From positions 321,520 through 385,519 of the forward strand of contig CAZCNP010000001.1 of NCBI GenBank assembly GCA_964500725.1: a stretch of 64,000 bases of DNA. Direction: 5' to 3'. The position numbers and the translations under genes were made by a program. Below, in pieces: positions 10,345-19,400 of the stretch (position 1 is the first letter of the stretch; every line of letters starts with the position of its first letter). This DNA comes from an uncultured Gammaproteobacteria bacterium (lineage in GTDB: Bacteria; Patescibacteriota; Microgenomatia; Daviesbacterales; UBA10151). Under the pieces are notes generated by a model. The model was not told the origin of the DNA, did no database searches, and saw nothing but the letters and a program-made list of their open reading frames with translations.

Positions 10345-10363
10345 TTTGTGATAGTATAAATTT

Positions 10364-12313
10364 GTGAATAGATTATCAACAGTTATAATCTTTATTGAAG
10401 ATAAACGTAAAATCCTCATCTCGCTATTTTTAGTTGTTGGTCTTGTAAGCGCCACCATAGACGGAATTATTCTTGTGCAACGTCCTGTAACCTACCAGTC
10501 AAAAGCCAGCAGCAAATTCCAAAAAAAACTTTCTGTAGTAGAACCTGCCCAACCTTCCTCTGTAGTCAAATTTGCCTCTCCCAAAGGTTTGTATAAACTT
10601 TCTTATGACCCAAAACAATGGACTTTAATACAAGATAAAGAAAGAGTGACTTTTAACCTAAGAAAAGAATATGGCTATGCCAGGTTAGATATTCTTGAGG
10701 GCGAAAGCCAAAAAGATCTGGATAGTTTGAAAGAAGAAATAATCAAACTATCCCCTGCCAAACCTATTAGCGTAGAGGCTACTACATTCAAAGGCAAGAG
10801 CGCATATTTATTAACTTACCAAGAAACAACTCTAGGGACAGAAACGTATTATTATCAACAGATTGTCAAAGATAATAATAAATTTCTCATTTTAGAAAAG
10901 AGGTTCCCTCGTTTAAGCTATCAAACTCCCTATTTGGATAACTTACTGGAGAACATTTCCTTAAACAGTCAAACCCCACCACAAGTTAAAGGCATTTCTG
11001 AAAATAGGACTAAGCTAACAACAGTTGAGCTGGTAGATTTAGTCCGCCCTGCTGTTGTCAATATTGTCCATACCTATTGTGTTGATATTGTTAATCTTTC
11101 ACCGGAGCTTTCCAAACTCACCAAAGACAAATATAACTTTTGCAGTTTATCAAAAGGATCAGGATTTTTAGTAGATGAAAAAGGGGTAGTTGCTACCAAT
11201 GGCCATGTTGCCAAAACCTATCCAGAAGAAGGTTTGGTAACCAATATTCTCTCTGGTGGCAATAAAATTTTAGCTATAGATTTAATCAAAGGTGTATATG
11301 CTTCCTCAGGATTTGCTGCCAGTGAAGGCCAAATTGAGGATTTTTATACAAAAGTTAGTCTAAACCCCCAATACCTTGATCATATTTTGGCAGAAATTTT
11401 TAAGCTGCTTGATAAAAAAGCTGTCTCAGTTGCAATCAGCAATGAAAAATATTATGTCAATGTAGGCAACGAACCGATCAAAATAAACTATCAAACTCAA
11501 ACTGTAATACCTTCTTCTACCACCTATAGCGCCAATATGTTGGATTTTGATTATCCTAATAAGTACATAAAATCCCAGCCTGGTTCTGATGTAGCTTTAC
11601 TGCAGATTAAAAATTCATCTAATAGTCTTTTTCCAGCACTGGCACTGGTCAACACTCAAAATCTAAGAGAAGGTTCAGATGTGATAGTTGCGGGCTACCC
11701 TGTTTTGGTTGAAGGAGGAGAAGGACCAGGAGCTACTATCAGTTTTAAAACCTCCACCAAACCTACTGTAACCCGGGGAATTATCAGCGCTATAAAACAA
11801 GATCCTTCAGGCAGACAAGTATTTCAAACAGATGCTTCTATAGATCATGGCAACAGCGGCGGTCCTGCATTCAACTTACAAGGTGAGACAATAGGTATTG
11901 CCACCTTCTTTTTTGAAAGCAAAAGCGGTAATTTTAACTTTTTGCGAGATATTTCAGACCTTAAAACACTAATGTCTAAAAATAATATAAAAGGCGGAGC
12001 TGGAAAGCTGACTGACACTTGGAAAGCAGGCTTAACCCAGTTTAGGCAATCATATTATAAGCAGGCAATTAAATATTTTGAGGAAGTCAAAACTCTATCT
12101 CCTACCCACCCTACTGTTAAAGAATTTATTAAACTTTCTCAGGATGCTATTGAAAGAGGTGAAAGCTTAGAGGGACTAGTAGGCTTTGTGAAAAACGGGC
12201 AAGGAACAAACATCATTCTAGTAGTATTTGGGGCTATTTCAATAGTAAGCTTTTTATCAGCAGGGTTCTTGGCCATCTTGCCTTTTTTTACCAAATATGA
12301 TAAAGTAGCTTAA
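10364..12313 (+). CDS. Trypsin-like serine protease (S1/DegP-like catalytic domain) with N- and C-terminal TM anchors; GTG start
   Basis: Catalytic triad context VATNGHVAK (His), GSDVALLQI (Asp), DHGNSGGPAF (Ser, GxSGGP). TM segments near both termini. Confidence 0.7.
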   Translation: MNRLSTVIIFIEDKRKILISLFLVVGLVSATIDGIILVQRPVTYQSKASSKFQKKLSVVEPAQPSSVVKFASPKGLYKLSYDPKQWTLIQDKERVTFNLRKEYGYARLDILEGESQKDLDSLKEEIIKLSPAKPISVEATTFKGKSAYLLTYQETTLGTETYYYQQIVKDNNKFLILEKRFPRLSYQTPYLDNLLENISLNSQTPPQVKGISENRTKLTTVELVDLVRPAVVNIVHTYCVDIVNLSPELSKLTKDKYNFCSLSKGSGFLVDEKGVVATNGHVAKTYPEEGLVTNILSGGNKILAIDLIKGVYASSGFAASEGQIEDFYTKVSLNPQYLDHILAEIFKLLDKKAVSVAISNEKYYVNVGNEPIKINYQTQTVIPSSTTYSANMLDFDYPNKYIKSQPGSDVALLQIKNSSNSLFPALALVNTQNLREGSDVIVAGYPVLVEGGEGPGATISFKTSTKPTVTRGIISAIKQDPSGRQVFQTDASIDHGNSGGPAFNLQGETIGIATFFFESKSGNFNFLRDISDLKTLMSKNNIKGGAGKLTDTWKAGLTQFRQSYYKQAIKYFEEVKTLSPTHPTVKEFIKLSQDAIERGESLEGLVGFVKNGQGTNIILVVFGAISIVSFLSAGFLAILPFFTKYDKVA

Positions 12314-12323
12314 GCTTAAGATA

Positions 12324-12404
12324 GTGAGCACTAAAGTTAAGTCTCACTGAGGCAATCGGACTGAAAAGTTCAAAACGATGTCCTCGCTTAAGCGAGGATT
12401 TTTA
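12324..12404 (+). promoter_or_regulatory. rplJ leader: two hairpins, the second sequestering the GAGG Shine-Dalgarno immediately 5' of the start codon (putative L10/L12 autoregulatory leader)
   Basis: GTGAG(N14)CTCAC at 12324..12347. TCCTCGC-TTAA-GCGAGGA at 12381..12398 followed by TTTTTA, then ATG at 12405. Confidence 0.35.
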
Positions 12405-12911
12405 ATGGCTAAAACTAGACAACAAAAAGAAGAAACAGTAATACAGCTTCAGGAAAAAATAGCTAAAGCAAAAGCTTTGGTATTTGCAGACTATAAAGGT
12501 TTGAGTATGAAACATCTCTCTGACCTAAGAAATAGCCTTAGAGAGGTAAATAGCGAACTTGCTGTTACTAAAAATACCCTTCTCAAAAAAGCCTTACCAG
12601 AAGCTAATGCAGAAGGCCCAACTGCTACCCTATTTGCTTATGATGATGAAATCTCCCCTATTAAAATTTTAGTTAAAGCTTTAAAAGATGCTGCTATTGG
12701 TAAAGTAAAAGGCGGCTTTTTAGGCAGTTCCCCTTTAGATGAGGCAAAAGTTTTACAACTTGCAACTTTACCTACTAAAGATGAGCTAAGAGGCAAAACT
12801 GTTGGGGTTTTAGTTGCTCCTCTGCAAGGCATTGTTTCAGTTCTGCAAGGAAACTTAAGAAACTTAGTATATGCACTTTCCGAAATCAAAAAAGTGAAGG
12901 GAGGTGTTTAA
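12405..12911 (+). CDS. rplJ: 50S ribosomal protein L10
   Basis: MAKTRQQKEETVIQLQEKIAKAKALVFADYKGLSMKHLSDLR... is a typical L10 N-terminus. The ORF-track start at 12378 lies inside the leader hairpin; the ATG at 12405 is preferred. Confidence 0.85.
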   Translation: MAKTRQQKEETVIQLQEKIAKAKALVFADYKGLSMKHLSDLRNSLREVNSELAVTKNTLLKKALPEANAEGPTATLFAYDDEISPIKILVKALKDAAIGKVKGGFLGSSPLDEAKVLQLATLPTKDELRGKTVGVLVAPLQGIVSVLQGNLRNLVYALSEIKKVKGGV

Positions 12912-12914
12912 AGT

Positions 12915-13421
12915 ATGGCAGACGATCAAACAAAAACAGAAGAAGTAAAAGCCGAAGAAGCAGTAGAGGAAGTTAAAGAAGTTGTACAAGAAGCAAAAGC
13001 TGAGGAAGCTCCTAAAAAAGAATCCAAGGCAGTTTCAGCTAATTTAGAAAAAATCATAGAAACAGTAGAGAAATTAACTGTTTTAGAACTGGCTGATTTA
13101 GTACATGCTTTAGAAGACAGATTTGGTGTTTCAGCCTCAGCCCCAGTAGCTATAGCAGCAGCCGGGAACGGTGGCGCAGTAGCTGCAGGTGAACCAGCTG
13201 AAGAGAAAACTACCTTTAATGTTATCTTAGCAGGAGCAGGAGCAAACAAAATTGCAGTTATTAAAGCTGTAAGAGAACTCGTTCAAACCTTAGGCTTAAA
13301 AGAGGCTAAAGATTTGGTAGAGGCAGCTCCAAAACCAGTTTTAGAAGGTGTTAATAAGGCAACAGCTGAAGAAGCTAAAGCAAAACTCACAGCAGCAGGA
13401 GCAACAGTTGAGCTTCAGTAA
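12915..13421 (+). CDS. rplL: 50S ribosomal protein L7/L12 with an unusually long acidic N-terminal extension
   Basis: C-terminal domain [57 protein letters not shown] is canonical L12 CTD. About 40 extra N-terminal residues rich in E/K/A. Confidence 0.85.
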   Translation: MADDQTKTEEVKAEEAVEEVKEVVQEAKAEEAPKKESKAVSANLEKIIETVEKLTVLELADLVHALEDRFGVSASAPVAIAAAGNGGAVAAGEPAEEKTTFNVILAGAGANKIAVIKAVRELVQTLGLKEAKDLVEAAPKPVLEGVNKATAEEAKAKLTAAGATVELQ

Positions 13422-13430
13422 TAATCAATT

Positions 13431-13479
13431 ATCACCTCGGACAAGAAGTTAACGAATACTCTTCCGAGGTGATTTTTTG
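13431..13479 (+). terminator. Rho-independent terminator after rplL
   Basis: Stem ATCACCTCGGA (13431..13441) and TCCGAGGTGAT (13463..13473) followed by TTTTTT. Confidence 0.7.
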
Positions 13480-13500
13480 AAGGAAATCGAAACTAAACCC

Positions 13501-13531
13501 TTGACACTGTCTGTTTTGTTATGATATATAA
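13501..13531 (+). promoter_or_regulatory. Sigma70-like promoter TTGACA-N17-ATATAT(AAT); transcript would be near-leaderless
   Basis: ttgaca at 13501..13506; TGaTATATAAT extended -10 at about 13521..13531; ATG at 13541. Confidence 0.45.
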
Positions 13532-13540
13532 TGAGTCAGA

Positions 13541-13777
13541 ATGGCTGACAAGATATCACTCGAGAGTCTCCCCGATTTATTAACAGTCAAAGAAGTTGCA
13601 GAAATTTTGCGTGTATCTCCCTTAACTATTAAACGCTGGGGCAAAAGAGGAAAACTCCCAGCAATAAGAATTAACTCCAGAGGAGATAGAAGATATAAAA
13701 AAGAGGCTGTTTTATGGTTATTAGGCATCACCCAAAAAACATCTTCATCTGACTCTTCACAAGTAAGTTCTTATTAA
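13541..13777 (+). CDS. Small MerR/excisionase-family helix-turn-helix DNA-binding protein
   Basis: LTVKEVAEILRVSPLTIKRWGKRGKLPAIRINSRGDRRYKKEAV is an excisionase/MerR-type HTH. It is paralogous to the N-terminus of the giant ORF at 16417. Confidence 0.6.
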   Translation: MADKISLESLPDLLTVKEVAEILRVSPLTIKRWGKRGKLPAIRINSRGDRRYKKEAVLWLLGITQKTSSSDSSQVSSY

Positions 13778-13804
13778 GAATTCCACAAAAAAAATATTAG
13801 AAAA

Positions 13805-13833
13805 GCAGCAAAGCCACAACTGTGGCAAGCTGC
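13805..13833. terminator. Nested perfect hairpin between convergent genes; T-run on the minus-strand side, so likely the terminator for the 13902 gene
   Basis: GCAGC-aaa-GCCACA-act-TGTGGC-aa-GCTGC. The reverse complement is followed by ttttctaatatttttttt. Confidence 0.4.
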
Positions 13834-13901
13834 ATTATTAGCACTCAGTTCAGATAAATTGCTAATTGGGTTTGAATATGTTGTCAGAGAGCCAAAAAGG
13901 G

Positions 13902-14408
13902 TTACTCTGTAGCAATTTGGGGATGAACCTGATAGTTAGGATTTTGCTCAAAGACAATTTCCCCTTTTTTCTCTACTACATAATAAGCAAGGCCTCTTTT
14001 TTCTATTATTGGCTGAGCAACCTGATATTTTTTATCCAAAACTATATTGGCCAAAACCACCAAAAAATTATTGCCAGTATTAACAAGACACATTCCCCAT
14101 CCTGCAGGCACTGAAAAACTTTTTAAAGGATTTAAAACCATCACTTTAAATTCTTTAGCATCTCCTAGCTGATCATTTCTTTGCAGCAGTAAAATTCCAG
14201 ACCCATATAAGCACTGAAATGTTTGTACTCCAGGGAAATTACTGACAAACCCTTCAGTTTTATTAAACTCTACACCATTTCTACCAGCAGAAACTACAAA
14301 AATTGTTTGGTTTTTATCTTCTATCTGGTAGTAAGGAGTTTTTACTCCCTTTACTTTTGGTTCCATCAGCACTGGCTTTAAATCCTGAGCTGTCTTTTCA
14401 GTAACCAT
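13902..14408 (-). CDS. Cupin-type phosphoglucose-isomerase (cPGI)-like protein lacking the metal-binding histidines
   Basis: GSGILLLQ...GDAKEF...VPAGWGMCLVNTGNNFLVVLAN...EKRGLAYYVVEKKGEIVFEQNPNY aligns to the archaeal cupin PGI core (GKGGMLLQ...GDAKW...VPPYWAHRTVNIGDEPFIFLA). The GHxH and WAHR His positions read GRNG and WGMC here. This comparison is from memory of the family, not a search. Confidence 0.4.
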   Translation of the reverse strand: MVTEKTAQDLKPVLMEPKVKGVKTPYYQIEDKNQTIFVVSAGRNGVEFNKTEGFVSNFPGVQTFQCLYGSGILLLQRNDQLGDAKEFKVMVLNPLKSFSVPAGWGMCLVNTGNNFLVVLANIVLDKKYQVAQPIIEKRGLAYYVVEKKGEIVFEQNPNYQVHPQIATE

Positions 14409-14428
14409 AGTATTTCTAGCTTAACATA

Positions 14429-15124
14429 TTATCTTTTAGCAAGTAAAAGGAGGTAGTTTATAAGCGCAAATTGCCTCTTTACCCTCCAAGGCTGCATCAC
14501 CAACCTAAACAACCACTCCAATCCTAAACTCCTGACCCATTTAGGGGCTCTTGGGATACTGCCTGAAAGATAATCAAATGCTCCTCCTACTCCCATACTA
14601 ACATGGGCAGGAATTTTAGCCAAATTATCAGCAATCCATTTTTCCTGCTTTATATGCCCAAAAGCAACAAAAAGAATATCCAGAGGAGGAACAGTTAAAT
14701 TAGCAGTTGTCTTCCCCTCTTTATTAACATCTCCACCTGAGTTAATAAAGTTTACTTTTAACCCTGGGTACTTTTTCTTTAAGCGCTCAACTGTCCTCTC
14801 TGCTACCCCTTCTTTACCTCCTAAAAAACCTATTACAAAGCCTTTTTCTGCAGATAGCTTAATTAATTCTTCCATAAAATCAGTCCCAGAAATAGTGTTT
14901 TTTACACTACCAGACAGTCTTAAACCAGCTCCATCAGGAATAGATAAATCTGCATCATTTAATATCTTCTTAAAATGTGAATCTTTTTGCGCTGACACAA
15001 TAAATTCTGGATTAGGAGTAACAATATAATATTTACCAGGAGCTATTATCCACTTCTCCACTTGGGCCAAACCCTCATCCATACTAACATCATCAATTTT
15101 AACTCCTAGAACTTTAACTTTCAT
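14429..15124 (-). CDS. WecB/TagA/CpsF-family glycosyltransferase (N-acetylmannosaminyltransferase-like)
   Basis: MKVKVLGVKIDDVSMDEGLAQVEKWI...YIVTPNPEFIV...DADLSIPDGAGL; family-typical N-terminus and length. Confidence 0.75.
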   Translation of the reverse strand: MKVKVLGVKIDDVSMDEGLAQVEKWIIAPGKYYIVTPNPEFIVSAQKDSHFKKILNDADLSIPDGAGLRLSGSVKNTISGTDFMEELIKLSAEKGFVIGFLGGKEGVAERTVERLKKKYPGLKVNFINSGGDVNKEGKTTANLTVPPLDILFVAFGHIKQEKWIADNLAKIPAHVSMGVGGAFDYLSGSIPRAPKWVRSLGLEWLFRLVMQPWRVKRQFALINYLLLLAKR

Positions 15125-15131
15125 ATACCTT

Positions 15132-16253
15132 CTATACTGCTTTTTCTAAAACAGCAAGTGTTTCTTTGGCGCATTTTTCCCAACTAAATCTTTTAACGTT
15201 TTCAAATCCCTCTTTTATTTTTTCCATTCTCAATTTTCCATCGTCAACTTTCCTCATTCCCTCTACTATATCATTAATTTTATAGGGGTTTACATAGATT
15301 GCCCCTTTCCCAGCTATCTCAGGCATACTGGAAAGATTGGAGGTAATCACAAGACATCCGCAAGCTTGAGCCTCAATAATAGGCAAACCAAACCCTTCAA
15401 AAAGGGATGGAAAAATTAGGGCAGCTGCGCCACTATAAAAAACAGGTAGTTTTTCGTCTGGCACATACCCTAAAAATTTAACTCTATCTTCTACCCCTAA
15501 TTTCTTAGGTAATTGGTAAATGTCATCACTAAGCCAACCTTTAGAACCAATTATAACTAACTTTTTAGAAAAGGTTGGAGATATCAATTTACTAAAGGCA
15601 GAAATTACCCTCTCCAAATTTTTCCTTGGTTGAACAGTTCCCACAAATAAAAAATATCCTCCAGGTTCAAGACCATACTGCCTCAAACTATAAACTAATG
15701 TATCACTCCTAACTGGCTTAAACAAACTTTTATCATACCCTTCATAAACTGTCTGAATTTTAGCTGGGTCAATCCCTTCTCTATCAATTAGATCTATTTT
15801 GGTAGCTTTTGATACAGTTATGATTTTTGTGGCTTTTTGCAGTTGATACCTTTGCATAAACCCCAGATAAAGCCTTTGTTTTAACTGATGCATTGAAGGC
15901 AGGTACTGCGACCCTAAATCATGAACAGTTACCACAGTTTTAAGTCCTGGTTTAATAATTACTGGCAAGGTGTGGGCAGGAACAAACAAGAGATCTAAAT
16001 TGTCCCTAAAAGTCTGCAAAGACAAACCTGCTTGTGTCCATAACCTTTGAAAAGGAATTTCCTTAAACTGGAATTTTTTTGACCAAGAAGAACCTTGCAA
16101 ATCCCCTCTTCGCCTGCTTTGAGGACGTAAATAAATTATATATTTATTTTTTTGATCAATCTTAGATAGGGCTCTTAAAAGCTGGTAAGAATAGTTTTCT
16201 GTGCCAGTCCGCCAGCTGGCGAATGCCCTGGATCCATCAATACCAATCACCAT
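15132..16253 (-). CDS. GT4 (group 1) glycosyltransferase
   Basis: C-terminal EGFGLPIIEAQACGCLVITSNLSSMPEIAG (EX7E-type GT-B motif). Confidence 0.75.
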   Translation of the reverse strand: MVIGIDGSRAFASWRTGTENYSYQLLRALSKIDQKNKYIIYLRPQSRRRGDLQGSSWSKKFQFKEIPFQRLWTQAGLSLQTFRDNLDLLFVPAHTLPVIIKPGLKTVVTVHDLGSQYLPSMHQLKQRLYLGFMQRYQLQKATKIITVSKATKIDLIDREGIDPAKIQTVYEGYDKSLFKPVRSDTLVYSLRQYGLEPGGYFLFVGTVQPRKNLERVISAFSKLISPTFSKKLVIIGSKGWLSDDIYQLPKKLGVEDRVKFLGYVPDEKLPVFYSGAAALIFPSLFEGFGLPIIEAQACGCLVITSNLSSMPEIAGKGAIYVNPYKINDIVEGMRKVDDGKLRMEKIKEGFENVKRFSWEKCAKETLAVLEKAV

Positions 16254-16285
16254 AGTTTAAGTATATCTCAAGTCTTATTATATAT

Positions 16286-16362
16286 GTTGACGTGTTTTAT
16301 TATATATGATACTGTAAAAATAATACTGCATATATGCATGCATAGGTGGGTGCATATATGCA
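16286..16362 (+). promoter_or_regulatory. Divergent promoter region with two copies of the palindrome TGCATATATGCA (putative operator) upstream of the giant ORF
   Basis: ttgacg at 16286..16291. Palindromic 12-mers at 16327..16338 and 16351..16362, centres 24 bp apart. Confidence 0.4.
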
Positions 16363-16416
16363 AAGCCGTAAAAGAGCAATTTAGGAATAAAAACGGCAGC
16401 AGACGGACGGATTTAA

Positions 16417-19400
16417 ATGTTAAAAGTTAATTCGTCCAAAAAATCACTTGTTAAAATTGCCCAAGCCTCCAAGTTATTAGGCGTCCACAAAGATACTTTA
16501 AGAAGATGGGAAAAAGCTGGCAAAATTAAAGTAGTCCGAGACCAAAAAGGAGACAGGCTTTATGATGTTTCTAAACTAATTAACTCAGCTCCTGCTTCTC
16601 AAACCTCCAAGGTGCCTACAACTGAGCAGCTGTTAAAGTCAGCTTCCCAACACGCTCAACAATCCACCTTACAACCTCAGCTACCAGCTTTAGATTACTC
16701 TGCTTTGTTAGATCAAACTATATCAAAGGATAACAAGCAAACAGGCAGAAGGTTTTATTTTATGGCTGCAGGCTTCTTCCTGCTCTTAGTGCTGATAGGC
16801 TTAGGTTATATTAGAGTTTTATCTACTCAATCCAAACCACAAATAATTACTTCTTTGGAAAACAAGATACTGGCAGCTATCACCTCTCAACCTTTAGTTA
16901 AGATAAATGCTGATGTCAAAGTAAGAGGGTCATTATCTGTATCAAACGATATCAATGGGCTGGCGATTGCCACTGATTCAGCAGGCTTTACCTTAACTTC
17001 TGAAAATGGCAAATTAACTGTGGTTGGCGATGCCTTGTTAAACCAAGACTTATCTTCCAGCGGCTCCCCTACTTTTTCTTCTCTAAATTTATCCTCAACC
17101 AGCAATCAGCTAGTCTTTCAATCAGGCGGACCAGCAGGCACCTTAACCTGGACTCCAACTGCTGCAAGAACTATTACCCTGCCAGACACCACTACTACTT
17201 TAGTTGGAAAAGATACCACCGATACTTTTACTAACAAATCCATTTCTGGGTCTTCTAACACTTTTACCAATATCCCCAACTCTGCTCTAACAAATAAAAA
17301 AATAACTGTTACAGCTGGAACTAATTTAACCGGCGGAGGAGATGTAGAACTTGGTTCATCAATTACTTTGAGTTTAAAAGAATCCCCTACTTTCTCCGGT
17401 GTAGTCTTACTTTCTGATGGCACAGCTGCTGCCCCAGGCTTAGCTTTCAGCAATGATACTAATACAGGTTTATATAGAATTGGTACAGATAAAATTGCCC
17501 TGATCACAGGAGGATTAGCTACCTCAGGGATTACCATTGATTCTTCTGGCAATTTAGGAATAGCCAATAATTCTCCAGCATATAAATTAGATGTAACAGG
17601 CACTGCCAATATTACCAGCAATACTACTATTGGTGGAACTCTGGGAGTAACAGGTATCTCTACTTTTTCATCAACTATGGGGGTGTCGTCAGGATTATCT
17701 GTAGGTAGTACCTATTCTTCTCTGTCACCACCAACCAGCGGTGCCATTATAGAAGGAAATGTCGGTATCGGAACCAGCGCCCCTGGTTCTTTTGCGTTAA
17801 ATGTAAGCGGCAATACTTACCTTAACGGGAGGCTAGAAACTTCAGGTAATGTTGGTATAGCTAATTCTGCTCCATCTTTTACTTTGGATGTAGTAGGTAC
17901 TGGCAGATTTTCTTCTTTACTTAATGTCTTAGGTAATATAGGTATTGGTACCTCTGGTGCAGCAGGATCAGCCCTGCAGGTTAATGGTGGAGGATTATTT
18001 GGCTGGGGAACAACTTCTACTGCTTTATCTTCTGGAGCTATCTTAGGAGTTAATGGAAATGTAGGAGTTGGGACTACTTCCCCTCTGGCTAACCTGCATG
18101 TTGTTGGACAATGTGTTGTTGGGGAAACAAAACTTAAAAGAAGAAGGAGAAAGAAGGGCAAAAATGGTGAGTGGTCAGATGAATATGAAGATGTAGAGAT
18201 TAAGGATATCAAGGAAGGGGATGAGATACTAACACTTGATGAAAGTACCGGCAGATTTGTACCTGCTAAAGTTAACGCCCTCAAAGATATGGGGATCAAA
18301 GAAATCTTTGAGTTGACCACTGCTACCGGAAAAACCATCAGGACCACCGGCAACCATCCCTACCTGGCACTTGGCGTAGAACACCTAGCCCTCACTAGTC
18401 ATGATTCGGCATCAGGTGTTACCGGTGCTTCCTTGCTCAACTCTACCATTTTATCTCTCACAAGAGGGAACAAAGACCACCGGATCGCCGTCTTTATCGA
18501 TGCGGCAAACCTTGAAAAATCCGTTGAGAAAATAGGCTTCAAAGTCCACTATAAAAACCTTAAACGCCTAATTGCTTCTTTAGGTTCTCTTGACTATATT
18601 GGTTATTTTACAGTAGCTACTTCTTCAGAACAGAATGTGACTCTTCGCCAGTCTCTGCTGCGCTTTGGTTATAACGTGGTTACCAAACCTCTAAAACTTA
18701 TTAAAACCGCCAAAGGCCTGAAACCCAAGGCTGATGTTGATGTAGAGATTACCACCGAAGTAATGGAACGCAAAGATGACTTTGATCTGATGATTCTCTT
18801 TTCAGGAGACAGCGATTTTTACTATCCAATTAAGCTCTTACAAGAAAAGTATGGAAAGAAAGTAATAGTTATCTCTACCAGATACAGTGTCTCCAGGGAA
18901 CTACTCAAAGTTGCTGACCGTTACATTGATATTGCCAAGCTTAAAGGGGAAATTGCCAGAGGGCAAAAAGAAAGCCCGTCTTTTGCAACGGGCGACTCAT
19001 CTTTCGACGAGAGCAATCTTACGACTGCACTTCAAACTATATCAGATATCCTGCCTTTTGTCAAGAATTTGGGCAAATGGACTAAGGTGTCAGGGCTAAA
19101 GACCGGCCAGATGATAGCTGCAGTAGGGAAAGACAACCAACCTCAGTTTGAAAAAATTGCCTCTATTAAGAAGGTTAAACGCGAGCAGGTCTTTGATATA
19201 GAAGTAGAAGGCACCCATAACTTTGTAGGCAATGATATAGTAGCTCATAATACTTTTATTACAGGTAATGTTGGGATTGGGGCTGCTTTTACCACCTCAG
19301 GTATAGTTACCCCCACTAATGGTTTAGCTGTCCAGGGTAATGTAGGTATAGGAACTTCTACCACCAATGCTGCCTTAACAGTAATAGGTGGGATAACAAC

